A stretch of DNA of 64,000 nt from Deltaproteobacteria bacterium (GCA_033764095.1 JANRJF010000034.1:16549-80548); one strand, 5' to 3'; numbered from the stretch's first letter, positions 8,612 to 18,848 are shown. Notes: generated by a model from the letters alone, not told the origin. Translations and numbers: made by a program.

Positions 8612-11600
8612 ATGCGCCTGGTCGATCTCTGCATTCGTCGCCCCGTCGCGACGACCATGTTCATCAGCTTTCTGGTCGTGCTGGGGTGGTTCTCCTACCG
8701 CCGCATGGCGGTCGACCTGTTCCCCAACGTCGACTTCGCCATCGTCTCGGTCACCACGACGCTGTCCGGCGCCAGCGTCGAGGAGATGGAGAGCAGCGTC
8801 ACCAAGCCGGTCGAGGAGGCGATCAACACCATCGAGGGCATCGACGAGCTGCAGTCGACGACCAGCGAGGGGCTCTCCACCGTCATCGTCTTCTTCAACC
8901 TGTCGCGCGACGGCGACGCCGGCGCGCAGGACGTGCGCGACAAGGTGTCGGGCATCCTGTCGCAGCTGCCGGAAGGCACCGACGCACCGATCGTGTCGAA
9001 GTTCGACGTCGAGAGCACGCCGATCCTGAGCGTCGTCGTCTCCGGCAACCGCGACCTGCGCGAGATCACCGAGATCGCCAAGAAGCAGATCAAGGAGGAC
9101 ATCGAGACGCAGCGCGGCGTCGGCTCGGTGTCGCTGATCGGCGGCCTCGAGCGCGCCATCAACATCGTGCTCGACACCGACAAGCTGGCCGCCTACGGGC
9201 TGTCGATCGACCGCGTCAAAGCGGCGGTGCGGGCGCAGAACGTCGAGATTCCCGGCGGGCGCGTCGACCAGGGCAAGAAAGAGCTCATCCTGCGCACCAT
9301 GGGGCGCATCACGCGCGCCGAGGACTTCCGCGACCTGATCGTCGGCAGCGCGCAGGGCCGGCCGCTGACCATCGGCGACATCGGCACGGTGGCCGACGCC
9401 TTCGTCGAGCCGCGCAACCTCGCCCGCCTCGACGGGCATCCGGCGGTGACGCTGATCGTGCGCAAGCAGACCGGCACCAACACCGTGCAGGTCATCGACA
9501 CGGTGAAGAAGCGCCTGGAGATGATCCGCTCGACGCTGCCGTCGGACATCGACATCCAGCTGGTGCGCGACCAGTCGCGCTTCATCCAGCGCTCGATCGA
9601 CGAGGTGAAGCTGCACCTGATCCTCGCCGGCGTGCTGGTCAGCCTCACCGTCATGCTGTTCATCGCCAACCTGCGCGCGACGCTGATCGCGGCGGTGGCG
9701 ATTCCGACCTCGATCATCGCGACCTTCACGGTGATGCGCTGGTTCGACTTCACCCTCAACAACATCACCATGCTCGGCCTGGTGCTGGCGACCGGCATCG
9801 TCATCGACGACGCCGTCGTCGTGCTGGAGAACATCTTCCGCTACATGGAGGAGAAGGGCGTCAGCGCGCGCGAGGCGGCGAGCGCGGCGACCGGCGAGAT
9901 CAGCCTCGCGGTGCTCGCCACCACCTTCTCGCTCGTAGTGATCTTCCTGCCGGTGGCCTTCATGGAAGGGCAGGTCGGGCGCTTCTTCCACAGCTACGGC
10001 GTCACCGTCGCGGTCTCGATCCTGGTCTCGCTGATCGTCTCGTTCACGCTGACGCCGATGCTGTGCGCGCGCTTCCTGCGCCTCAGTCCGCGCCAGCACC
10101 GCGCCCAGCAGGGCGTCTACGGCGCCATCGACCGCGCCTACGGCGCCATCCTGCGCTGGTCGCTGCGCCACCGCTGGGTGATCGTGCTGCTGTCGCTGCT
10201 GGTGATGGGCAGCACGATCCCGCTGTTCGGCGCGGTCGGCAAGGACTTCATCCCGCACGACGACCAGAGCGAGTTCGAGGTCGTGGTGCAGACGCCGGAA
10301 GGCTACAGCCTCGAGCGCACCGACGAGACCATGCGCGCCATCGAGGCGCGGCTGCAGCAACTGCCGCACGTCCACCATCTGCTCACCACCATCGGCGACA
10401 CCTCCGGCCGGCTGCGCGCCGGCGAGGGGCCGGTGACGCGCGGCACCACCTACGTGCGGCTGGCGGAGCTGGAGGAGCGCCAGATCGGCCAGCGCGACAT
10501 CATGAAGCAGGCACGCGCGATCATGGGCGAGTACCCCGACCTGCGCACCAGCGTGCAGGACGTGAACCTGTTCGTCAGCGGCGGCCAGCGCTTCAGCGAC
10601 CTGCAGTTCGATCTCACCGGGCCCAACCTGGCGACGCTGCAGGCCGCGGCCGAGAAGATGATGGCCAGCCTGGGGGAGATGAAGGGCTTCGTCGACATCG
10701 ACACCACCCTGTCGGTGCGCCAGCCGGAGCTGCAGGTGGACATCCTGCGCGACAAGGCGTCGATCTTCGGTATCAACGTCCGCGACGTCGCCAGCGCGCT
10801 GCGCACCCTGGTCGGCGGCGAGGCGATCAGCACCTTCCGCGAGGAGCAGGAGCAGATCGACGTCTGGCTGCGCGCGCAGCGACAGAATCGCAACGACCCG
10901 CGCGCCATCGGCGACGTCACCATCGCGACGCCGACCGGCGAGTTGGTGCGGCTCGCCAACCTGGCGACGCTGAGCGAGCAGCGCGGCCCGGCGCAGATCG
11001 ACCACCACAACCGCCAGCGCAAGGTGACGGTGGTGGCCAACCTCGACGGCATGCCGCTCGGCACCGCGGTCGAGCGCGTGAAAGTGCTGTTCGCGCAGCT
11101 CGACCTGCCGCCGACCTATGGCCTGGTGTTCGGCGGCCGCGCCAAGTCGCTGGGCGAGAGCGGCGGCAACTTCCTGCTCGCCTTCTTCCTGAGCTTCCTC
11201 TTCATGTACATGATCCTGGCGGCGCAGTTCGAAAGCTTCGCCCACCCGATCACCATCCTGCTGGCGCTGCCGCTCTCGATCCCGTTCGCCATCGCCTCGC
11301 TGTGGCTGCTCGGCGAGACGCTCAACATCTACAGCGTGCTCGGCCTCTTCATGCTGTTCGGCATCGTCAAGAAGAACGGCATCCTGCAGATCGACTACAC
11401 CAACACGCTGCGCGCCCAGGGCATGGACCGCGACGCCGCCATCCTGCAGGCCAACCACGTCCGCCTGCGGCCGATTCTGATGACCACCGTCATGCTGGTC
11501 GCCGGTATGATCCCGATCGCGCTCGGCCGCGGCCCCGGCTCGGGCAGCCGCGCCTCGATGGCGAAGGTGATCATCGGCGGCCAGACGCTGTGCCTGCTGC

Positions 11601-11737
11601 TGACCCTGCTGATGACGCCGGTGGCCTATTCGCTGTTCGACGACCTCGGCCGCCTGCGGCTCGGCGCCCGCCTGCGGCGCGCCTGGCAGGTCGCCTTCGC
11701 ACGGGTGTGGCCGAGCAACGGCCGCCACCCGGCGTGA
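8612..11737 (+). CDS. RND efflux transporter permease (AcrB/HAE1 family)
   Basis: 1041 aa; IRRPVAT, GIVIDDAVVVLENI, TLTPMLCARFL, GIVKKNGIL, RLRPILMTT. Confidence 0.97.
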   Translation: MRLVDLCIRRPVATTMFISFLVVLGWFSYRRMAVDLFPNVDFAIVSVTTTLSGASVEEMESSVTKPVEEAINTIEGIDELQSTTSEGLSTVIVFFNLSRDGDAGAQDVRDKVSGILSQLPEGTDAPIVSKFDVESTPILSVVVSGNRDLREITEIAKKQIKEDIETQRGVGSVSLIGGLERAINIVLDTDKLAAYGLSIDRVKAAVRAQNVEIPGGRVDQGKKELILRTMGRITRAEDFRDLIVGSAQGRPLTIGDIGTVADAFVEPRNLARLDGHPAVTLIVRKQTGTNTVQVIDTVKKRLEMIRSTLPSDIDIQLVRDQSRFIQRSIDEVKLHLILAGVLVSLTVMLFIANLRATLIAAVAIPTSIIATFTVMRWFDFTLNNITMLGLVLATGIVIDDAVVVLENIFRYMEEKGVSAREAASAATGEISLAVLATTFSLVVIFLPVAFMEGQVGRFFHSYGVTVAVSILVSLIVSFTLTPMLCARFLRLSPRQHRAQQGVYGAIDRAYGAILRWSLRHRWVIVLLSLLVMGSTIPLFGAVGKDFIPHDDQSEFEVVVQTPEGYSLERTDETMRAIEARLQQLPHVHHLLTTIGDTSGRLRAGEGPVTRGTTYVRLAELEERQIGQRDIMKQARAIMGEYPDLRTSVQDVNLFVSGGQRFSDLQFDLTGPNLATLQAAAEKMMASLGEMKGFVDIDTTLSVRQPELQVDILRDKASIFGINVRDVASALRTLVGGEAISTFREEQEQIDVWLRAQRQNRNDPRAIGDVTIATPTGELVRLANLATLSEQRGPAQIDHHNRQRKVTVVANLDGMPLGTAVERVKVLFAQLDLPPTYGLVFGGRAKSLGESGGNFLLAFFLSFLFMYMILAAQFESFAHPITILLALPLSIPFAIASLWLLGETLNIYSVLGLFMLFGIVKKNGILQIDYTNTLRAQGMDRDAAILQANHVRLRPILMTTVMLVAGMIPIALGRGPGSGSRASMAKVIIGGQTLCLLLTLLMTPVAYSLFDDLGRLRLGARLRRAWQVAFARVWPSNGRHPA

Positions 11738-11796
11738 CCGGGTCGGGCACGCGTGCTAGAGGCGGCGCGATTCACTGTGTCGATCGGGGGAACACC

Positions 11797-13584
11797 ATGC
11801 TGAGGCGGATCGCTGTCGTCGCGCTGTTGTTGCTCGCCGCCGCCGCGCCGGCCGCCAACGTGTCGCTGAACAGCGACGGCTCGCGCGAGTACCTGCTCGA
11901 CGACGTCCCCAACTTTCCGACCCTGCTCGGCGACCAATGGAGCAACCGCATTCCGAGCGACGCGTTCGAGAGCGAGCGCGGCAGCTACGGGCGCCTGGTG
12001 GAGACCGCCGGGCCGCGGCCGATCACGCTGGCCGAGTGCATCGGCCTGGCGCTGGAGAACAACACCGGCCTGCGCATCCGCAAGCTCAGCCCCATCGCCG
12101 CCACGGCGCGCGTCCGCCAGGCCTGGTCGAAGTTCGATCCCGAGTTCTTCGGCGAAGCGCGCAAGACGCGCAACGTGACGCCGGTGCAGACGATCAGCCC
12201 GTTCTCCAACATCGATCCCGACACCGGCGCGGGACAGCCGTTCCTCTTCAGCGAGGAAGTCGATTTCAACGCCGGCCTGCGCAAGACGCTGTTCAGCAAC
12301 GGGCGCCTGTCGGCCGATTGGACCAACGCCAAGCTGGAGAGCAACCCGAACTTCATCAACCTGGTCAATCCCGACTACGTCACCACCCTCAACCTCACCC
12401 TCAACCAGCCGCTGCTGCGCGACTTCGGCTGGCGCTTCGCCTACCTGGTGGTCGACGTGGCGCAGATCGGCGAGGAGCAGGCGTACTACGACTACACTGC
12501 CGGCGTCGCGACGCTGATCGAGAACGTCGAGCGCGCCTATTGGACGTACGTGCTGGCGATCGAGAACGTGCACGTCGAGGAGAAGGGCCTCGATCTCGCC
12601 AAGGAGCTGCTGCGCCAGAACGAGGGACGCTTCAAGGTCGGCGCGTTGCCGCACACCTCGGTGCTCGAGTCGGAGGCGGAGGTCGCCCGCCGCGAGGCCA
12701 ACCTGGTGCGCTCCCGCGCCCTGGAGCGCATCGCGCGCGACAACCTGCGCGCCCTGGTGAACGCCTCTCAGGACGACAGCGACGCGTTGATCATGATCGA
12801 GCCGGCCGACAAGCCGGCGGTGGTGCGCACCGAGTTCGACCTCGACGAGAGCCTCAAGGTCGCCTACCTGCAGCGCCCCGAGCTGATCGCCGCGCGCCTC
12901 AACGTCGATGGCCGCAAGGTCGAGCGCAAGATCGCCGAGAATCGGCTGTTGCCGCGCTTCGATCTGACCGCGCGCATCGGGCTGAACGGCCTCGGCGGCA
13001 CCGACGCGGGCCTGGTGCCGACGCCGGTCCCGGGCGCGCCGACGCCGACCCCGGGCGGCTTCTCCTCGGCCCCCAACCCGCAGATTCTCGGCGGCTACGG
13101 CCGCTCGCTCGATCTGCTCACCGACGGCCGCTACTACCAGTACCTGGTCGGCGCGCAGCTGACGATCCCGCTCGACAACGCGTCGGCCAAGGCCGAGTAC
13201 GCGCAGGCCAAGGTGAACGCCGAATCGGCGCGCCTCTCGCTGCGCCAGGTCGAAGAGGACGTGACGCTGGAGATCACCCAGACGGTCAACAACCTGAAAG
13301 CCTACCTGAAGGCGATCGAGGCGACGCGGGTGGCGCGCGAGCTGGCGGAGGAGAACGTCAAGAACCAGCAGGCGCGCTACGACGTCGGGCTGGCCACCAC
13401 CAAGGACCTGATCGATTTTACCGAGCGCCTGACGCAGGCGCAGCGCTCGGAGATCGAATCGCTGACCAACTACAACATCGAGCTCGCCCGTCTGCGCTAC
13501 GCCGAGGGCACGCTGCTCGACTCGCGCAGCGTGCATCTGGAGCGCAACAACGCCGAGAAGAAGCCCTGGTGGGCGTGGTTCTGA
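11797..13584 (+). CDS. TolC family outer membrane efflux protein
   Basis: Signal peptide; ITLAECIGLALENN, QPLLRDFG, VERAYW, RPELIAAR, RYDVGLAT. Confidence 0.9.
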   Translation: MLRRIAVVALLLLAAAAPAANVSLNSDGSREYLLDDVPNFPTLLGDQWSNRIPSDAFESERGSYGRLVETAGPRPITLAECIGLALENNTGLRIRKLSPIAATARVRQAWSKFDPEFFGEARKTRNVTPVQTISPFSNIDPDTGAGQPFLFSEEVDFNAGLRKTLFSNGRLSADWTNAKLESNPNFINLVNPDYVTTLNLTLNQPLLRDFGWRFAYLVVDVAQIGEEQAYYDYTAGVATLIENVERAYWTYVLAIENVHVEEKGLDLAKELLRQNEGRFKVGALPHTSVLESEAEVARREANLVRSRALERIARDNLRALVNASQDDSDALIMIEPADKPAVVRTEFDLDESLKVAYLQRPELIAARLNVDGRKVERKIAENRLLPRFDLTARIGLNGLGGTDAGLVPTPVPGAPTPTPGGFSSAPNPQILGGYGRSLDLLTDGRYYQYLVGAQLTIPLDNASAKAEYAQAKVNAESARLSLRQVEEDVTLEITQTVNNLKAYLKAIEATRVARELAEENVKNQQARYDVGLATTKDLIDFTERLTQAQRSEIESLTNYNIELARLRYAEGTLLDSRSVHLERNNAEKKPWWAWF

Positions 13585-13599
13585 CCGCTCCCGGAAAAA

Positions 13600-13698
13600 T
13601 CAACGCAGAGTCGCAGAGTCGCGGAGGGCGCGAGATGAGAAGGACGATGAACTCTCGTTTTCTCGGCAATCCTCTGCGCCTCGGCGTCTCTGCGTTGA
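13600..13698. repeat. Palindromic element, family C (CGCAGAG/CGCGGAG)
   Basis: Perfect 11-bp terminal inverted repeat TCAACGCAGAG / CTCTGCGTTGA with internal tandem units. Confidence 0.85.
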
Positions 13699-14402
13699 GT
13701 CTGGTGGTGCTCGCCGGCTGCGGGCCGTCGCGAGTGAAGATCACCCAGGAGACCAACGCGGTCGGCCTGCCGCGTCCGGCGGCGGTCTACGTCTACGACT
13801 TTGCCGTCTCGCCCTCCGAGGTGCAGCTCGACCAGGGCGGCCCGCTGCGCCGCATCGGCAGCCGCCTGCTCGGCGAGGGCGGCGATCCCGATCAACAGGC
13901 GATCGACACCGGCCACCAGGTGGCCGACCGCCTGGCCACCGACCTGGTGGCGAAGATCACCGCCATGGGCCTGCCGGCGCAGCGCATCACCCGCAGCCAG
14001 GTGCCGCCGGAGGGCGCCGTCGCTGTCGGCGGCCAGTTCGTCTCGGTCGACGAGGGCAGCCAGCTGAAGCGCATGGCGATCGGCTTCCACCAGGGCCAGT
14101 CGAGCGTCACCGCACAGGTGCAGCTCTACCAGGTCACCGGCCGGCGCGAGGCCGCGCAGCTGCTCGAGTTCACCGCGTCGTCGGCCAGCCCGCCGACGCC
14201 CGGCGCCGTCGTCACCATGGGCGCCGGCGCCGCCGTGCAGGCCGGCGCCGCCGCCTCCGGCGTGAAGGAGCTCACCTCGACGGTGGAAGCCGACGCCGGC
14301 CGCCTCGCCGACGCGGTCGCGCGCAACCTGCAGACGTTCTTCGCCAAGCAGGGCTGGACCGCCCCGCCGAGCCAGCTGCCGTCGCTCCCCGACCTGCCCT
14401 GA
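13635..14402 (+). CDS. DUF4410-like lipoprotein
   Basis: Lipobox LAGC; VYVYDFAV, GQFVSVDEGSQLKRMAIGF.QG, FFAKQGW. Start is 13635 or 13647. Confidence 0.75.
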   Translation: MRRTMNSRFLGNPLRLGVSALSLVVLAGCGPSRVKITQETNAVGLPRPAAVYVYDFAVSPSEVQLDQGGPLRRIGSRLLGEGGDPDQQAIDTGHQVADRLATDLVAKITAMGLPAQRITRSQVPPEGAVAVGGQFVSVDEGSQLKRMAIGFHQGQSSVTAQVQLYQVTGRREAAQLLEFTASSASPPTPGAVVTMGAGAAVQAGAAASGVKELTSTVEADAGRLADAVARNLQTFFAKQGWTAPPSQLPSLPDLP

Positions 14403-14549
14403 GCCGGCGCGCGGCAGCGCGCCGCGCGTGCGCTCTGCCACAGTCCTTCGCGCAGATGGCTGAACAGCAGATTCTGCGTCCTATTTTCATGTTGAACGAC
14501 GCGCTGCGCGACGCTCTAAGTCGCCCCGTTCGCTTCGGGGAGAGGGCTC

Positions 14550-17500
14550 ATGCAGGCTGCGCTTCGCATCGCTGCGGCGATGCTGTCGTTGTTCGTCGCA
14601 CCGCGCGCGCGCGCGATCGATCCGCTCGGCGGCGAGCTCGCCGTCAACACCGTCACCGCCGGTGATCAGGTCACGCCCGCGGCGTGCCGTCGGCCGGACG
14701 GCTCGCTGGTCGCGGCATGGACCACCATCGCGAGCGCCGATCGCGTCGCCAGCATCGCGGCGCGACTGTTCGACGCGAGCGGCATGCCGCTCGGCGACGA
14801 ATTCGCCGTCGAGAGCGCCACGACGCCGGCGCGCCTGCCGGCGGTCGCCTGCGATGGCGGCGGCGGCTTCGTCGTCGCCTGGGTGATGCCCGACGCGGCG
14901 GAGTCGACTCCGGCGCACGCCGCCGCGGCGCTGCTGCGCCGCACCAACGACGTCTACGCGCGCCGCTTCGGCAGCGACGGAACGGCGCTCGGCGACGCAT
15001 TCCTGGTGAACACGTTCGCCGCCGGCGCACAGGGCAGCGTGGATCAACCCGACGCGGTCGGGCCATCGGTCGCCGCCGACGCCACCGGGCGCTTCGTCGT
15101 CGTGTGGGCGAGCGACACGGCCGGATCGCTGCCGGCGACCAGCGCCGCCAGCGCGGTCGATGCGGACGGTACCGCGGTGCGCGCGCAGCGTTACAGCAGC
15201 ACCGGTGCGGCGGTCGGCGGCGAGTTGCAGATCAACCGCACCACGGCCGGCGATCAAACCCGCCCCGACGTTGGCATGCGCGCCGACGGCAGCTTCGTCG
15301 TCGCCTGGACGACGCCGGGCGACACCGACACCGACGTGGTCGCGCGCCGTTTCGCCGCCGACGGCAGCCCGCTCGGCGACGAGATCGCGGTCAACGACCC
15401 GAACGACAACAACGACGGCACCGGCATCCGCTTCCACGAGGGACCGGCGATCGCCGTGCACGATGGCGGCGGATTCGTCGTCGCCTGGTCGAACACCGCC
15501 GGGGCGATGGGCCCGCCGGCGGCGATGATGGCGGCGACGCCGGTGGTGGACGGACCGAGCAAGTCGCAGGTCTTCGCCCGCCCGTTCGACGCCGACGGCC
15601 TGCCTACCGGCGACGCGATCCTGATGCCCTTCGAGAGCTGGGGCGAGACCGCACTGCCCGACGTCGCGCCGCTCGCCGGCGAGCGTTTCGTCGTCGCCTG
15701 GACCGGCCGCACGCAGTTCAGCGACGGCAGCGTCTTCGTGCAGAGCTACGAGGCAGACGGCACCCCGGACAGCGGCGCCCAGGCGGCGAACACGACCACC
15801 GACGGCGTGCAGGGATTCGCGCTGGTGATCGACAGCGGCGCGGGCAAGGCGACCGTCGTGCTCGACGCCGGCGGCGCGGCGCTGGCGGCACGCGGCACCG
15901 ATGAGTACGCGGTGCTCTGGGAGAGCGCCGGCGTCGCGGATCTGATCAATGATGCGGTGGCCGACGGTCAGGACGGCAGCCTGAGCGGCATCTACGCGCG
16001 CCGCTACGGCGCACCCGCCGGCAGCACCCCGACCGACACGCGCACGCCGACCAACACGCCGACACCGACGCCGCGCAACCCGGCGCAGCCGAGCGGCGAC
16101 GAGATCCCGATCAACCTGCTCACCGACGGCAGCCAGATGGTGCCGGCGGCGTGCCGCGCCGGCGACGGTAGTTTCGTCGCCGCATGGACCAGCTTCGATC
16201 CCGACGACATGAACGTCCCGGTCGGCGTGCGGGCGCGCCGCTTCGCCGCCGACGGCACGCCGCTCGGCGGCGAGCTCGCCGTCAACCCGAGCGAGCAACG
16301 CGCCGCGCTGGCGGCGGTGGCCTGTGCACCGGACGGCCGTTTCGTCGTCGCCTGGGCGGCGGCGATTTCGTCGCAGACGCCGGTCGAGGGCTCCGCCGCC
16401 GCCGCCGTCGCGACGCCGGATCGCGTCGACGTCTACGCGCAGCGCTATGACGCCGGCGGCACGCCGCTGAAGGATGCGTTCCTGGTCAACAGCACGACGC
16501 TCGACAATCAGGGCTCGGTCGAGCGTCCGGCCGGCATCGGGCCCGCCGTGGCGATGGATGCCGACGGCAACTTCGTCGTCGTCTGGCCCGGCCGCTCCGA
16601 TGCGTCCGCCTCCGACGTCTTCGGCCAGCGCTTCGCCGCCGACGGCACGCCGCTCGGCGGCGAGTTTGTGGTCAACGAAACCTCCATCGGCGACCAGTTC
16701 CACCCCGACGTCGCGATGGCGCCGGACGGCCGCTTCGTCGTCGTCTGGAGCAGCGACGGCGGCATGGCGGGCTGGCAGGTGATGGCGCGCCGCTACGCCG
16801 GCGACGGCAACCCGGCGAGCGGCGAGGTGCGCATCGACGCCGGCGTCGACTTCTACGCCGGCGTCGGTCTGCCGCCGTTGATCGACAACCCGGCGGTCGC
16901 GCTGAGCCCCGGCGGCGAATTCCTCGTCGTCTGGTCGAGCCTCGGCGAGCTGCCGCCGACCAGACCCGACGAGCTTCCAGCCGCCGCCGATCCGCCCAGC
17001 TTCGGCGTCGTGCGCGGCCAGTACTTCGCTGCCGACGGCAGCCCGCTCGGCGCGCCGCTGCTGTTCGCCACCGCACCCGACACGCACGATCTGATGCCCG
17101 ACGTCGCCGCCGCCGGCAGCTGCTTCATGGTGGTCTGGACGGCGGTGCCGTATCCGATCACCGACGGCCTGGTGTTCGCGCAGTTCCTCGACGCCGCCGC
17201 GCGACCGATCGGCACGCCGTTCCAGGTCAACACGACGACCGAGGGCATCCAGGGCCTGGCGCTCGGCGCCGCCGCCGGCGGCCGGCCGGTGCTCAACCCC
17301 GGCGGCGCCGCCGTCGCCGGCTCCGGCACCTGCGACATCGCCGTTCTGTGGGAGAGCGACGACGCACCACCCACTCCGGCCGCCGCCAGCCTCGCCGGTC
17401 AGGACGGCGACAACAGCGGCGTCTACGCACAGCTGTACCAGGCGGCGATGGAGGAGGGGTCGCCGACGCCGAGCGCGACGGTGACGGCAACCGCCACCGC

Positions 17501-17978
17501 CACCGACAGCGTCGCGCCGGCGGCCAGCACGCCGACCGCGACGGCGAGCGCGAGCGCGACGGCCACACCCACCGCCACCGCGACCGCCACGGCGACGCAG
17601 ACGCGCACGCCGAGCCCCGCCGCGCCGCGCCTCGCCGGTCCGCTGGCGCCGGGGAGCGGTCCGGTGTGCGGCGACACCGACAACAGCCTCGCACCAGGAT
17701 GCCTGCTGCTGTGCAGCGCCGGTGCCGACGGCCGCCTCGGCGGCGGCGACGACGACTGCGGTCTCGGCAGCACCGGCAGCGACGCCGGCGGCGCCTTCTG
17801 CTTCACACCGGCCCGCCCACTACGCGACGGCGAGCGCGTCTTCGCGCGCGACGTCTGCCGCGGCCTCGACGGCCCACTCGCGGCGGTGAGCACCATCGCG
17901 CCCGCCCCCGCGCTCTCACTGCTCGGATTGCTCGCCGCACTCGCCGCATTGATGACCATGGCTCGACACAAACTGTAG
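14550..17978 (+). CDS. Large surface protein: two duplicated beta-repeat domains, Pro/Thr linkers, IPTL-CTERM-like tail
   Basis: Signal peptide; repeated G.E..VN..T.G.Q..P.VA...dG.FVVAW units; TPTNTPTPT and TATATAT linkers; ends APAPALSLLGLLAALAALMTMARHKL. Confidence 0.85.
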   Translation: MQAALRIAAAMLSLFVAPRARAIDPLGGELAVNTVTAGDQVTPAACRRPDGSLVAAWTTIASADRVASIAARLFDASGMPLGDEFAVESATTPARLPAVACDGGGGFVVAWVMPDAAESTPAHAAAALLRRTNDVYARRFGSDGTALGDAFLVNTFAAGAQGSVDQPDAVGPSVAADATGRFVVVWASDTAGSLPATSAASAVDADGTAVRAQRYSSTGAAVGGELQINRTTAGDQTRPDVGMRADGSFVVAWTTPGDTDTDVVARRFAADGSPLGDEIAVNDPNDNNDGTGIRFHEGPAIAVHDGGGFVVAWSNTAGAMGPPAAMMAATPVVDGPSKSQVFARPFDADGLPTGDAILMPFESWGETALPDVAPLAGERFVVAWTGRTQFSDGSVFVQSYEADGTPDSGAQAANTTTDGVQGFALVIDSGAGKATVVLDAGGAALAARGTDEYAVLWESAGVADLINDAVADGQDGSLSGIYARRYGAPAGSTPTDTRTPTNTPTPTPRNPAQPSGDEIPINLLTDGSQMVPAACRAGDGSFVAAWTSFDPDDMNVPVGVRARRFAADGTPLGGELAVNPSEQRAALAAVACAPDGRFVVAWAAAISSQTPVEGSAAAAVATPDRVDVYAQRYDAGGTPLKDAFLVNSTTLDNQGSVERPAGIGPAVAMDADGNFVVVWPGRSDASASDVFGQRFAADGTPLGGEFVVNETSIGDQFHPDVAMAPDGRFVVVWSSDGGMAGWQVMARRYAGDGNPASGEVRIDAGVDFYAGVGLPPLIDNPAVALSPGGEFLVVWSSLGELPPTRPDELPAAADPPSFGVVRGQYFAADGSPLGAPLLFATAPDTHDLMPDVAAAGSCFMVVWTAVPYPITDGLVFAQFLDAAARPIGTPFQVNTTTEGIQGLALGAAAGGRPVLNPGGAAVAGSGTCDIAVLWESDDAPPTPAAASLAGQDGDNSGVYAQLYQAAMEEGSPTPSATVTATATATDSVAPAASTPTATASASATATPTATATATATQTRTPSPAAPRLAGPLAPGSGPVCGDTDNSLAPGCLLLCSAGADGRLGGGDDDCGLGSTGSDAGGAFCFTPARPLRDGERVFARDVCRGLDGPLAAVSTIAPAPALSLLGLLAALAALMTMARHKL

Positions 17979-18067
17979 GGGCGCGGTTTGCCGCGCCCGG
18001 GTTTGCGACGACACCTGGTCCGCGAACACGATCGCGCATGACCCGATGCTTGCAACCCCGAGCGCGA
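17975..18067. repeat. GTAG-class REP with downstream inverted partner (REPIN-like)
   Basis: GTAGGGGCGCGGTTTGCCGCGCCC supplies the TAG stop of the upstream gene; cgcgcccgggtttgcg pairs imperfectly with tgcaaccccgagcgcg. Confidence 0.6.
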
Positions 18068-18086
18068 CCGGGGACAAGCTGCGCCG

Positions 18087-18848
18087 GTGCGTTACGTCCG
18101 CCTGATCGCCGTTCTCGCCCTGCTCTCGTCGCTCGGCTACACCGTGCTGCGCTGGCGCGCGCAGGTGAACTGGCGGCCGACCCAGGTCGTGCTGCTCACC
18201 GTCGCCTCGCTGCCGGTGGCGCGGCTCGGCGACGACCAGGGCGCCGCGTCGATCACGCCCAACCTCGATGCGCTGGCGCGCCAGTCGGTGGTCTTCGACC
18301 GCACCGCCGCCGGCGAGGGCGGCAGCGTGCGTACCACCGCCGTGACGCTCGCCTCGCTCTTCCAGCAACGCGGCACCGCCACCGCCGCGGTCGATGCGCG
18401 CAGCGATCCGGATCGCGGCTTCGCGACGGTCATCGCGCAGCCGTTCGCCGCGCCGCCGCAGGGTGACACCGCGTCGCTGATGACCTGGTTGGCCGAGCAC
18501 GCACGGCTGCCGTTCTTCCTCTGGATCCACGATGACGGCCCACCGCCGGGCGCCAGCGACGGCGTCGTCGCCTGGAGCGACGCGCTGGTCGGACGCGTCC
18601 TGCGCCAGCTCGCCGCGCTCGGCCTCGGCGACGGGGTCTTGGTCGTCTTCACCGCAAGCCGTGGCGACCCCACCCACCCGGGGCTCGTCCCGCTGCTGAT
18701 CGGCGCGCCGCGCTTCACGCCGCGCCGCGTCTACACGCCGGTCGAGCAGATCGACGTACTGCCGACCGTCGTCGCCCTCGCCGACCTGCCGCCGCCGGCC
18801 GGCATGCCCGGCAAGAGCCTGCTGCCGCTGCTCGACGCGGGCAACTGA
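18087..18848 (+). CDS. Degenerate sulfatase/alkaline phosphatase-fold membrane-anchored protein
   Basis: QVVLLTVASL, TPNLDALARQSVVF, PFFLWIH, DALVGRVL..L, VPLLI, QIDVLPTV, PGKSLLP. The (C/S)xPxR active-site motif is absent. Confidence 0.6.
   Translation: MRYVRLIAVLALLSSLGYTVLRWRAQVNWRPTQVVLLTVASLPVARLGDDQGAASITPNLDALARQSVVFDRTAAGEGGSVRTTAVTLASLFQQRGTATAAVDARSDPDRGFATVIAQPFAAPPQGDTASLMTWLAEHARLPFFLWIHDDGPPPGASDGVVAWSDALVGRVLRQLAALGLGDGVLVVFTASRGDPTHPGLVPLLIGAPRFTPRRVYTPVEQIDVLPTVVALADLPPPAGMPGKSLLPLLDAGN

Noticed and set aside
7079-11728. 1549-aa minus-strand ORF, and similar long shadow ORFs (4447-6648 +, 14487-17087 -, 22468-26073 -, 56560-59250 +)
   Set aside because: Antisense or alternate-frame ORFs over well-supported genes; expected from stop-codon scarcity at very high GC; no recognisable motifs.
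8686-11796. Apparent 1632-aa fusion ending in TolC, and similar 5' extensions (1194, 11937, 36745, 44625, 52577)
   Set aside because: The upstream parts are Arg/Pro-rich off-frame readings of neighbouring genes; true starts with signal peptides or RBS lie downstream.
17461-17620. Low-complexity ACCGCC/ACGGCG repeats
   Set aside because: They encode the Thr/Ala/Pro linker of the surface protein and are not a separate element.
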